From the IMG/VR virus record IMGVR_UViG_3300025732_000021, positions 1 to 64,000 of that record: 64,000 nt of DNA, one strand, 5' to 3'. The DNA is from a virus. Numbering within the stretch: the stretch's first letter is position 1; every line of letters begins with the position of its first letter. Under the pieces are notes generated by a model. It saw nothing but the letters and a program-made list of their open reading frames with translations. It was not told where the DNA came from and did no database searches. This document shows, one piece after another, positions 46,564 to 54,926 of the stretch. The position numbers were made by a program, and so were the translations under genes.

Positions 46564-46635
46564 GCCTCCTTAACTCAGGGGTAGAGTACTCGCCTTGTAA
46601 GCGAGTTGTCGTAGGTTCAAATCCTACAGGAGGCT
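46564..46635 (+). tRNA. trnT: tRNA-Thr(TGT)
   Basis: GCCTCCT/AGGAGGC acceptor; CTCGC-CT-TGT-AA-GCGAG. Confidence 0.9.
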
Positions 46636-46661
46636 CGTAATACTAAACAAAAGGAGAAAAT

Positions 46662-46883
46662 ATGAAACCAGGAATAATTGTAATGGTTATTAGTGATGAT
46701 CATAATGACAAAAAGGCTGCAGAAGTATTATCTGTGGATAATGATTTGTGTACAATAAAAATGTGTGATACTCAAGAAATTATAAAAATGAATCAATCAA
46801 ATTTAAAACGTAAAAAATTATGTGTATGTAATACTTCAAAAAATAAACCATTTTGTGATGGATCTCATTCATTAATGTTTTAG
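46662..46883 (+). CDS. CDGSH iron-sulfur domain protein
   Basis: LCVCNTSKNKPFCDGSH; AAGGAG SD. Confidence 0.8.
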   Translation: MKPGIIVMVISDDHNDKKAAEVLSVDNDLCTIKMCDTQEIIKMNQSNLKRKKLCVCNTSKNKPFCDGSHSLMF

Positions 46884-47629
46884 TTATAGTTTTTACTTTC
46901 TATTACTATACAAATCTGATCACTCATAATTCTAGTATTAGTATTAAAATATTCTTTTAAATTATCCAATGTATTATGAATAACTTTTTCTGTATCCATA
47001 GTTAAGTTATAACAAAGAGATGCCCATCTGTTTTCCCCTAGTATTTCACATGCTTCTTCTAAAAACTCTGGTATTTCATTATGAAATTCTTGTCCTCTTT
47101 TTACATTTCTAAGCATTATAACCATTGGATAATTGTAGTCTTTTCTTTCTTTTAAGAATTGAATTCTTTCATTTTTTACAAATGGCAAAAAAGATTCAAA
47201 TATAAAATTATGCATAGTTCCAGTAACTGCTACTGCAGCCATAACAACAGAAGGTCCTGGTGTTGATGTCACATGTATTCCTTCAGCAATACATTTTTTA
47301 ACTATCCTTGCTCCTGGGTCTGCTACCCCTGGCATACCTTCATCTGAAATTAAGAATACATCTTCTCCATTTTTTAATAAATCAATTATTTTATTCATGT
47401 TATGAAGTTCGTATGCTTCTCCAGGTTCTCCGCCATCAGAATCATACTCAATGGATATAGTATTGACATTTGGTTTTTGCATTCCAAGTGCGGGCCAAAT
47501 TCTTTCAAATGCCTCTTCTCTTTCTATCACTATATTTTTTGCATTTTGAATATATTTAAATGCTCTTACTGACATATCTTCCCAATTGCCAATAGGCAAT
47601 CCAACTAAATATAATTTTCCAAACGACAT
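46880..47629 (-). CDS. rsmI: RsmI-like tetrapyrrole-methylase-fold SAM methyltransferase, copy 1
   Basis: LYLVGLPIGNWEDMS.RA, LISDEGMPGVADPG, PGPS, F.FE.FLP. Confidence 0.75.
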   Translation of the reverse strand: MSFGKLYLVGLPIGNWEDMSVRAFKYIQNAKNIVIEREEAFERIWPALGMQKPNVNTISIEYDSDGGEPGEAYELHNMNKIIDLLKNGEDVFLISDEGMPGVADPGARIVKKCIAEGIHVTSTPGPSVVMAAVAVTGTMHNFIFESFLPFVKNERIQFLKERKDYNYPMVIMLRNVKRGQEFHNEIPEFLEEACEILGENRWASLCYNLTMDTEKVIHNTLDNLKEYFNTNTRIMSDQICIVIESKNYN

Positions 47630-47664
47630 ATATTCATTATACACTATGGTATAATTTTAATATT

Positions 47665-48327
47665 ATGAAAACTCCAGAAAAAGGTCCAGCATATAATCAA
47701 TACATTGAATTAAAAAACTCTCAAACTCCTATTTCTAATCAAGATTTTGAGCCAATAATTGTAGATAACATATTTTCAAAAGAAGATATAGATCATTTAT
47801 ATGAAATAATTAATAACACTCCAGAAGAAAAAACTCAAATACAAAAATGGGGCGGAATGAAAGCATGGCATATAGACTTAGGGCCAAGAATAAAAGATAA
47901 AATTAATGAGGCAGTCAAAAAATCTTTAGGCGACCATGTTCGCTTAGTAGAAGATCACTCATTTGCTAGATATAGTATGGAATATGGATGGATGACAAAG
48001 TTATTTCCACATACAGATATGAGAGATAAACAAAGAATTACTTTTGATATTCAGGTGCATGCTGATGAAGAATGGGGAGTAGTTGTTGAAGATGTAGAAT
48101 ACTTTTTACAAGATAATCAAGCATTAGTATTTGCTGGGACGCAACAGCCACATTGGCGTAGAGCAAAAGAATTAAAACCAGGAAGTCATCAAGACATGAT
48201 ATTTTGTCATTTAGAATATGTTGATGATGTACCTTATGATGACGGTCAAGATCAAATATTACATGAAAGAAATAAGTTCTTTTCTGAATATTACGATATG
48301 CATCCAGACCCAACAACTTTTTATTAA
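47665..48327 (+). CDS. 2OG-Fe(II)-oxygenase-like protein (PHxD...HWR subfamily)
   Basis: LFPHTD...FAGTQQPHWR. Confidence 0.65.
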   Translation: MKTPEKGPAYNQYIELKNSQTPISNQDFEPIIVDNIFSKEDIDHLYEIINNTPEEKTQIQKWGGMKAWHIDLGPRIKDKINEAVKKSLGDHVRLVEDHSFARYSMEYGWMTKLFPHTDMRDKQRITFDIQVHADEEWGVVVEDVEYFLQDNQALVFAGTQQPHWRRAKELKPGSHQDMIFCHLEYVDDVPYDDGQDQILHERNKFFSEYYDMHPDPTTFY

Positions 48328-48328
48328 T

Positions 48329-48502
48329 ATGGACAATATAGAAGAGTCAATTAAAAATGTTCTTTTTCAAATTGGAAAAGATATAAAGGTACATAAATTA
48401 ATAGATGGTAACTTAATATTAGATATTGATTATGATAAATATACAAAAGAAATAGTAGATATTTGTAATAAACATATAGAAAGAAGAAAAGGTGTTTGGT
48501 AA
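48329..48502 (+). CDS. Small hypothetical protein
   Basis: ATG 48329 follows the upstream stop. Confidence 0.5.
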   Translation: MDNIEESIKNVLFQIGKDIKVHKLIDGNLILDIDYDKYTKEIVDICNKHIERRKGVW

Positions 48503-49253
48503 ATTACATCTAATTGGATCTCCAATTGGCAACATGTTGGATACATCTCAAAGGTTATTAAATGCATTTAATGACGCTAAATATATATGCGTTGAAGATA
48601 TAGATAGATTTAAAGAATATTGTTCTTTTAATAATTTTATATATAATGCAGAACTAATTGATATATGTTTTTCGTTAAACAATAACAGAGAAAACGAAGT
48701 AAAAGAAAGAATAATTTCAATTTTAAAAAATGGCGAGGATGTTTATATAATATCTGATGAAGGTATGCCTGGTCTTGCAGATCCTGGTACTATACTTGTT
48801 GATGAAGCAATTAAAAATGATATACAAATTATAACTACTCCAGGGCCATCTGTTGCTCTTGCTGCAGCATCATTATCCAATATATTAAATAACTTTTTAT
48901 TTGAAGGCTTTATGCACAGCGTAGATGAAGAAAGACATAAAAAGTTTGAATTTTTAAAAATGTCTCCTGTTCCTATGATTTTTTTATTACATAATTCAAA
49001 TCATAGACCAATTGATAAAGAAGATAAAATACACATGCTTCATAATTGTTTTGATCATGATATTTTTATTAATGAATGTATTACATTTTTTGGCGAAGAA
49101 AGAAAAGCAGTTTTTTGTATTGATTTAACTACAGATCATCAAAAAGTAATTCGTAGTACTTTAAAAAATATAAAACAATATATAGATCAAAATAAAATAT
49201 TTGGCAATTTATGCATTGTGGTAGATGGAATAAATAATAATTTATCTATTTAG
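48492..49253 (+). CDS. rsmI: RsmI-like methyltransferase, copy 2
   Basis: LHLIGSPIGN..D.S.R, ISDEGMPGLADPG, PGPS, FLFEGF. Confidence 0.75.
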   Translation: MFGKLHLIGSPIGNMLDTSQRLLNAFNDAKYICVEDIDRFKEYCSFNNFIYNAELIDICFSLNNNRENEVKERIISILKNGEDVYIISDEGMPGLADPGTILVDEAIKNDIQIITTPGPSVALAAASLSNILNNFLFEGFMHSVDEERHKKFEFLKMSPVPMIFLLHNSNHRPIDKEDKIHMLHNCFDHDIFINECITFFGEERKAVFCIDLTTDHQKVIRSTLKNIKQYIDQNKIFGNLCIVVDGINNNLSI

Positions 49254-49395
49254 TATCTTTTTTATATTCTCCATATTTACCAAGAATTGCTTTAATTGTA
49301 CCGTCTTTTCTTAAGCGTACAACATTACCATTCTTAATTTGTATGGGATTAAATCCATCGTGCCTTTTGTATGAACCAGATGATTTTTTAGACAT
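49246..49395 (-). CDS. Small basic protein (49 aa)
   Basis: Manual translation MSKKSSGSYKRHDGFNPIQIKNG...RLRKDG. Confidence 0.5.
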   Translation of the reverse strand: MSKKSSGSYKRHDGFNPIQIKNGNVVRLRKDGTIKAILGKYGEYKKDTK

Positions 49396-49398
49396 ATA

Positions 49399-50142
49399 TC
49401 ACCAAATTTCTGTTATTCTTTCTGTTTTTGAAATTATTTTTCCAAAACCTTCAAACAAAGTTTTTTCTACTGGTACACAATTTGGAACCATTTTGCCGTT
49501 TTTTTCTTTCATTCCTCTTTGTACATATCCTTCCCAGCATGGATTTGCTTTATTTACATCCCCGCAGCAATCGCCCTTCATTTCATTGGCTTGACAAACT
49601 GGACATAAATCACAGCACACATTCATATCTTTACATGTAGGACATCCGCAACCATCATATGTACAGGGGTCATTAGACGATTGACCAACTACAGAAATAT
49701 CTTCTTTTATAACTTCAGTCTTGTCCATATTTTCATTTAATTCAAGTGATGGCATTATCATTATATCTTTTGCTTTTGCTCCAACAAAATACTCTGTCTC
49801 TTCAAGTTCGCCATCTTCCATTTCAAATAACTGAATTAAAATAGCAGGATCTTCTGAAGATGCTTCAATAGAATATTCAGATCCTGGCATTCCAAGCATA
49901 CCTTCTGTCATTACGTGAACTACACGACCAACATACATTTCTTCTTCATGTGGGGCCATAACCATATCGCCCTCTTTAACCATGGCCTTACCTATATTTC
50001 CTTCAGATCTATTGATTGCATAAATTTGTCCTGCTGCTTCTTTTTTTGTTTTATGGCAGCCCATGACTTCTCCAGTACTGGTTTTAACTGCAGGGTAACC
50101 AGAACATCCGTGAGATCCTTTAGCACCTACTTTATAAGGCAT
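49399..50142 (-). CDS. Hypothetical protein with a Cys cluster and a PCWEGY...MVPNCVP motif
   Basis: The motif recurs in large-phage proteins; leaderless TGATATAAT promoter. Confidence 0.65.
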   Translation of the reverse strand: MPYKVGAKGSHGCSGYPAVKTSTGEVMGCHKTKKEAAGQIYAINRSEGNIGKAMVKEGDMVMAPHEEEMYVGRVVHVMTEGMLGMPGSEYSIEASSEDPAILIQLFEMEDGELEETEYFVGAKAKDIMIMPSLELNENMDKTEVIKEDISVVGQSSNDPCTYDGCGCPTCKDMNVCCDLCPVCQANEMKGDCCGDVNKANPCWEGYVQRGMKEKNGKMVPNCVPVEKTLFEGFGKIISKTERITEIW

Positions 50143-50165
50143 AAACCCATTATATCATCAAATAA

Positions 50166-50194
50166 GAGCAGTTTAACCACATGCTCAGGTGGTT
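50166..50194 (-). ncRNA. H-type pseudoknot motif, copy 5 (downstream of Hsp20)
   Basis: AACCAC-CTGAGCAT-GTGGTT-AAAC-TGCTC on the minus strand. Confidence 0.7.
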
Positions 50195-50241
50195 TATCTA
50201 CCGATAGGCCTTGCGGATATGTCGGATTACCTTAGATAATG

Positions 50242-50661
50242 TTATTTGATTTTAATTGCTTTTGGTTTCTTTTCTTCTGGAATGTTTCTTTCCACAAAGA
50301 CGCTAAGAATACCGTCTGCCATTTCAGCACGATCAACCTCCATATACTCTCCAAGAGCAAAGGTGCGTGTGAACTTTCTGCTTGCAATACCCTTGTGAAG
50401 AACATTAGAATTTTCTTCTTCTGTTTTCTCACCCTTGACAATCAAACTTCCATTATCCACAGAAACCTCAACTTCATCCTTGCTAAAACCAGCAATGGCT
50501 AAAGATAGTTTATAAGTATCCTCATCAAGTTTTACCACGTCATACGGTGGATAGGACTGACGAGTTGCCTCACGATGGATATTTGAAAGACGGTCCAACT
50601 CTCTGTTGAAACCAATAAAAAATGGATCTTTAAATAGATCCAATGCAAATGAACTTACCAT
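50242..50661 (-). CDS. hsp20: Small heat-shock protein (Hsp20/IbpA family)
   Basis: YPPYDV, LAIAGFSK, LHKGIA.R.F.R.F.L, GIL; AAGGAGG SD. Confidence 0.93.
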   Translation of the reverse strand: MVSSFALDLFKDPFFIGFNRELDRLSNIHREATRQSYPPYDVVKLDEDTYKLSLAIAGFSKDEVEVSVDNGSLIVKGEKTEEENSNVLHKGIASRKFTRTFALGEYMEVDRAEMADGILSVFVERNIPEEKKPKAIKIK

Positions 50662-50725
50662 TTTTCCTCCTTATTAAGCGAGTTCAATTAAGTACCCCCC
50701 TTTGGGCTGGTACATATATATTATA

Positions 50726-51313
50726 TCACAAACTAACCTTGCCAGTAAAGTCTATATTAATAACACATCTTATATCATTCTTTATTGGACTAGAAGATGA
50801 GTGATATTGGAGTCCATTAAATAATATTGCCCTTCCAGCCTTTGGATTAATTTTTTTGTCAATTGTTAAATTTTTATTTTCCATGGGGTATTTTTCATTA
50901 AATAAAATTGTATCACCATCTGAATCATTTACATAATATAAAAAAACAAAATGTTCATGATCTGTATCAATATGAGGATAATGTATTTTATTATTTGTAC
51001 CATCTTTTAAAATAAGATTTGCTTTAATTCTAAACACATTGTCTACAACTATATTATGTTTATTTATAAACTTGTTAAAAATATATAAAAATGTGTCTGA
51101 AAACTGAGAATGTTTTTGTGAGTTATGATAGGCAAGGTGAACAAATTGTTGTGAATCTAAATAATCGTCATTATTTAAGATGACACCAGAACTATCTTTT
51201 TTATTAGTTGAACCATAAAAATACCATGGAAAGTTAGAATTAGGTATATCATACATCATTTTTTGTAAACTAATTATTTCTTCTTGATTTAAAAATGAAT
51301 CATCTATAATCAT
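50726..51313 (-). CDS. 2OG-Fe(II) oxygenase
   Basis: PHID...LYYVNDSDGDT...HSS...R.VIN. Confidence 0.8.
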   Translation of the reverse strand: MIIDDSFLNQEEIISLQKMMYDIPNSNFPWYFYGSTNKKDSSGVILNNDDYLDSQQFVHLAYHNSQKHSQFSDTFLYIFNKFINKHNIVVDNVFRIKANLILKDGTNNKIHYPHIDTDHEHFVFLYYVNDSDGDTILFNEKYPMENKNLTIDKKINPKAGRAILFNGLQYHSSSSPIKNDIRCVINIDFTGKVSL

Positions 51314-51352
51314 AATAATTAATTCTACCATATGATGGTGTATAATTAAAAT

Positions 51353-52114
51353 ATGCCATTAACTGAAGAACAAAAACAACTTATATTAGAAAAAGAAAAA
51401 AATCATACAGCAAAACGGACCGTTCCACCTTTTGGATTTAATGAAATAAGAATGTTGCAGGAAGATGAAATTGAAGATCCTTATCAATTAAATCAAGAAC
51501 AATTAAACAACGCAAAGATTTTTATATCTAGAGAAGAATATACAAAGCATCTTAAAAAAGGATTAAATTATATGGAGGTTGGAGTTGCATGGGGATATTA
51601 TTCAGAAATAGTATGTCAAAATGCACAACCATCTTTAATCGATTTAGTATGTAGATATGACCAAGACATGAAGTGCTGGTCATGGAGAAGGTTTGGTGAA
51701 TGTCAATGTAGTCCAGTTAAACATACTTATGATTTTACTGCTGAAGAGTCAGAAAATTTTATAAAAAATAAATTTAAACAATATGGAAATGCAAATACAT
51801 ATAAGGGCGATGCAGAGGAAATACTTCCAAAATTTATTGAGGATGGAAAACTTTATGATTATATTTATATAGACATCCATAATGGTAGAAAAGCAACCAG
51901 AGAAGTACTATCTTGTGCATCAAAATTAATTCCTATTGGCGGTATTATTGGACTAAACGATTATACAATTTATGATGGAATAATAGATAATGTTTTTTAT
52001 GGTACATTTCAAACTGTAAATGAATTTTTATATTTTAATAAAAATTGGTCTGTGGATGCTTTAGCATTACATAAACTAGGCTTTTACGATATTTATTTAA
52101 GGAGGAATAGTTGA
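51353..52114 (+). CDS. Class I SAM-dependent methyltransferase (Methyltransf_24-like)
   Basis: MEVGVAWG, YDYIYID..., GGIIGLNDY. Confidence 0.75.
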   Translation: MPLTEEQKQLILEKEKNHTAKRTVPPFGFNEIRMLQEDEIEDPYQLNQEQLNNAKIFISREEYTKHLKKGLNYMEVGVAWGYYSEIVCQNAQPSLIDLVCRYDQDMKCWSWRRFGECQCSPVKHTYDFTAEESENFIKNKFKQYGNANTYKGDAEEILPKFIEDGKLYDYIYIDIHNGRKATREVLSCASKLIPIGGIIGLNDYTIYDGIIDNVFYGTFQTVNEFLYFNKNWSVDALALHKLGFYDIYLRRNS

Positions 52115-52995
52115 GTCTTTCTAAAGAGTATACATTGCCTAAGCATATAAGGTATAACGCAATGGACAGCATATTCAATAATGATTTTGATTTATCTTGG
52201 CATAGGCAATCACAGTCATACCGTGAAACAATTACTAAATCAGAAATAAATACTGGAGTAATTGATGATGGTACAGTTGAATATTTATATAATAAAAACT
52301 TTTTTAGATGTAGCGAATTTACTAAAACTCCATCAAGACCACATATATTGTTTGCTGGATGTTCTCAAACAGAAGGTATTGGAGGAAACTTAAATACTGT
52401 ATGGCCAACAATGTTTTTAAATAAAAGCAATATTGCTGATAAAAGTCTTTATAATTTGGCTAGATCTGGTTGGGGATGGCAAATGATAATATACAATCTA
52501 CATGTTTACGTAGAAAGATATACAAAGCCAGATTATTTATTTATCCTTTTACCTAACATATCTAGAAGATTTGAATTTGATACATATAACAAGGGAGATT
52601 ATTGTTATATGCAACGATATCCAGAAAGCGATTTACCCAAAATTAATGATGTAGGTGATATATCAAAAAATGAATATTTTGTAGAATTAATTAATTTTTC
52701 TGTATTTTGGAAATTCTTTTTACATTACTGTAAAACTAATAACATTAATGTATTATGGTCTACATGGTTTTTTAATGATTTAGAAAATTTAAAAACATTG
52801 AATATGCTTGATGATTCTTATGTTCCTTTAGATTTAAAAGGCCAATCAGAATATGTTGCAGAAATGTATTTATCTGGATGGGAAAAAACAGAGTATGATT
52901 TGAAAAAAAGAGATGGGCATGCTGGAACATTAATTAATATGTATTATGCAGACAGATTTTTAGAAGTAGCAAAGGAGAAATGGAATGTTTTCTAA
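52111..52995 (+). CDS. SGNH-hydrolase-like protein
   Basis: FRC.EF...LFAGCSQTEG...NLA.SG...RDGHAG. Confidence 0.55.
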   Translation: MSLSKEYTLPKHIRYNAMDSIFNNDFDLSWHRQSQSYRETITKSEINTGVIDDGTVEYLYNKNFFRCSEFTKTPSRPHILFAGCSQTEGIGGNLNTVWPTMFLNKSNIADKSLYNLARSGWGWQMIIYNLHVYVERYTKPDYLFILLPNISRRFEFDTYNKGDYCYMQRYPESDLPKINDVGDISKNEYFVELINFSVFWKFFLHYCKTNNINVLWSTWFFNDLENLKTLNMLDDSYVPLDLKGQSEYVAEMYLSGWEKTEYDLKKRDGHAGTLINMYYADRFLEVAKEKWNVF

Positions 52996-53066
52996 ATTAT
53001 ATAGAAAAATAAAAAAGTGGTATTACGTTCGTAAATTAAAAAAACAACTTAAAGAGCCACCAAATT

Positions 53067-53642
53067 TTATTTACTAGTTAAAAAACAACGAAGTGCATAT
53101 TTTTTACCATTAATTATTGAATTAGATCTATGACTATAAGGCCAGTTAGATGGAAAAATTATTAAACTATTTGCTGGCGGTTTTATTTTTATATTAAAGT
53201 GCTCAAATTCTAACTCTCCACCATCATAGTTATCGTTTAAATACGCCAATGCAGCGCCTATTCTAAAGTCTTCACCATTCAAGGTATCAGAATGAAATAT
53301 AATATTGTTATCTACTTCATATTTTAATAATGTTGCAACAGCCATATTAGAAGAATTATTTTGTGAAGAATCTGGGATCATAACATTTATATTATATAAA
53401 GATTGATATACTTCGGTTGTTTCTTTAATTGCTTTTTGAAATTCATCATATATTAATCTAGCATCTATATTGTCTGGATAATCACTTAATTGAATTGCAT
53501 ATGATTTTCTAACAATAGATCCATTTCTATTGTTTATTTTTAATTCAAAAAAATCTGATAAGTTTTTTTCAATAAAGTCTATATAGTTTTTACTAAATAC
53601 ATTTTCAAAAATAACTATTCCTGGTGCTAAAATTTTATACAT
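53067..53642 (-). CDS. 2OG-Fe(II) oxygenase (P4H-like)
   Basis: HSD...YLNDNYDGGELEF...FPSNWPYSH...G.KY. Confidence 0.85.
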   Translation of the reverse strand: MYKILAPGIVIFENVFSKNYIDFIEKNLSDFFELKINNRNGSIVRKSYAIQLSDYPDNIDARLIYDEFQKAIKETTEVYQSLYNINVMIPDSSQNNSSNMAVATLLKYEVDNNIIFHSDTLNGEDFRIGAALAYLNDNYDGGELEFEHFNIKIKPPANSLIIFPSNWPYSHRSNSIINGKKYALRCFLTSK

Positions 53643-53673
53643 AATTTAAGTATAGCATATGATACAATAAAGT

Positions 53674-54435
53674 GTGACTATTTTTCATAACCACATTCCA
53701 AGAACATCTGGTGGCGTGATTAATCACTATATTAGTCAAAATAAAAATATATCACAATATATTATTGAGCCAACAGATAAAATAGATCCGAAAAATTTTA
53801 AAGATAAACAATATATTGCTGGGCATATAGGACAACTTCCACAACAATATATAGATAATGTTATCTCTTTTTCTTTTGTAAGAAATCCTAAAGAACAATG
53901 GCTAAGTTGGTTTTGGCTTATGTATAGACAAGGTTTAACTGTAATTGATGGAAAAATAACAGAGTCTAGACTTGGCACACCCCAAGCGTATATGGAAAAG
54001 TTTTTATATGATGATTCTTTTTATCCTGGAACATCAAATATACAATCAAAATTTTTAATGGGATATGTTGACATTGATTTATGGAATAGGGTAGAAGAGC
54101 CTATAGATAAAACACAGTCCAATTGGTGTCTCAAAGAGTACAGTCTTGACAGGAAAGATATAGACGATGCTCTTGATAGATATATTGTTGAAACTGTTGA
54201 AAATAGAAATAATTTAATAGAATTTATTAATACCATTTTTGAAAAAAAATATAATATTGTAAGTGCAATTAGTGATTATGAGTGGTCTGGTCACAATACA
54301 CCAAAACCAAACTATCTTGAATTTGAAATCCCTAAGGCGTGGAGTGAAAGAATAAATGAATTAAACCCAGTAGATTATTACCTTTATGATAGGGTAAAAT
54401 CTAAACAGAAAAAATATGCTATAATGTCATTATGA
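53674..54435 (+). CDS. Sulfotransferase (family 2-like)
   Basis: HIPRTSG (5'-PSB) and FVRNP...S (3'-PB); D..LY C-terminal motif. Confidence 0.75.
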   Translation: MTIFHNHIPRTSGGVINHYISQNKNISQYIIEPTDKIDPKNFKDKQYIAGHIGQLPQQYIDNVISFSFVRNPKEQWLSWFWLMYRQGLTVIDGKITESRLGTPQAYMEKFLYDDSFYPGTSNIQSKFLMGYVDIDLWNRVEEPIDKTQSNWCLKEYSLDRKDIDDALDRYIVETVENRNNLIEFINTIFEKKYNIVSAISDYEWSGHNTPKPNYLEFEIPKAWSERINELNPVDYYLYDRVKSKQKKYAIMSL

Positions 54436-54662
54436 GTAATTTTGAAATCGGACGTGCTGGTACGGGGACCTGCCGTGAAAGACAATACCCAGTATACAAA
54501 GATGGCGAAAACATTGGATGTTTTTTCCTTCCAAAAGACGCTGCAAATTTTGCTAAAGATGAGCATGGCGCAACAGAAATTACAGTTTTTGATGTTGATA
54601 GTGTAGAGTCAGACGCAAAGTTTGTTATAACATATCAAGATGGAAAATGGATTCTTAAGTGA
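54432..54662 (+). CDS. Small Cys-containing protein A
   Basis: G.C...QYP....E.IGCF..PK.AA..A...GA; paralog of the next ORF. Confidence 0.65.
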   Translation: MSNFEIGRAGTGTCRERQYPVYKDGENIGCFFLPKDAANFAKDEHGATEITVFDVDSVESDAKFVITYQDGKWILK

Positions 54663-54910
54663 ATCAAGTTTTTAAAATAGAGAAGTCAGGAAGTTACGGT
54701 TGTCCTGATAACCAATACCCCCTTCTTGTTGATGAAGAGTGTGTTGGATGTTTTGAATATCCAAAAGAAGCAGCAGCAAAAGCAAGGGATCTTGGAGCAA
54801 ATTCTATAGATGCTTTTGATTATACAATGCCAGAAAGTGAAAGTTCAAGACATGCACTTGCTTTAAAACCAGACGGAACATGGTGCCATACTTTTTCAAA
54901 TATGGCTTAA
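54659..54910 (+). CDS. Small Cys-containing protein B
   Basis: GCPDNQYP...ECVGCFEYPKEAAAKARDLGA. Confidence 0.65.
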   Translation: MNQVFKIEKSGSYGCPDNQYPLLVDEECVGCFEYPKEAAAKARDLGANSIDAFDYTMPESESSRHALALKPDGTWCHTFSNMA

Positions 54911-54926
54911 TAGAAAGAGAAATTCA

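Noticed and set aside
50453-50461. TTATCCACA DnaA box
   Set aside because: Single copy inside the Hsp20 coding sequence (VDN codons).
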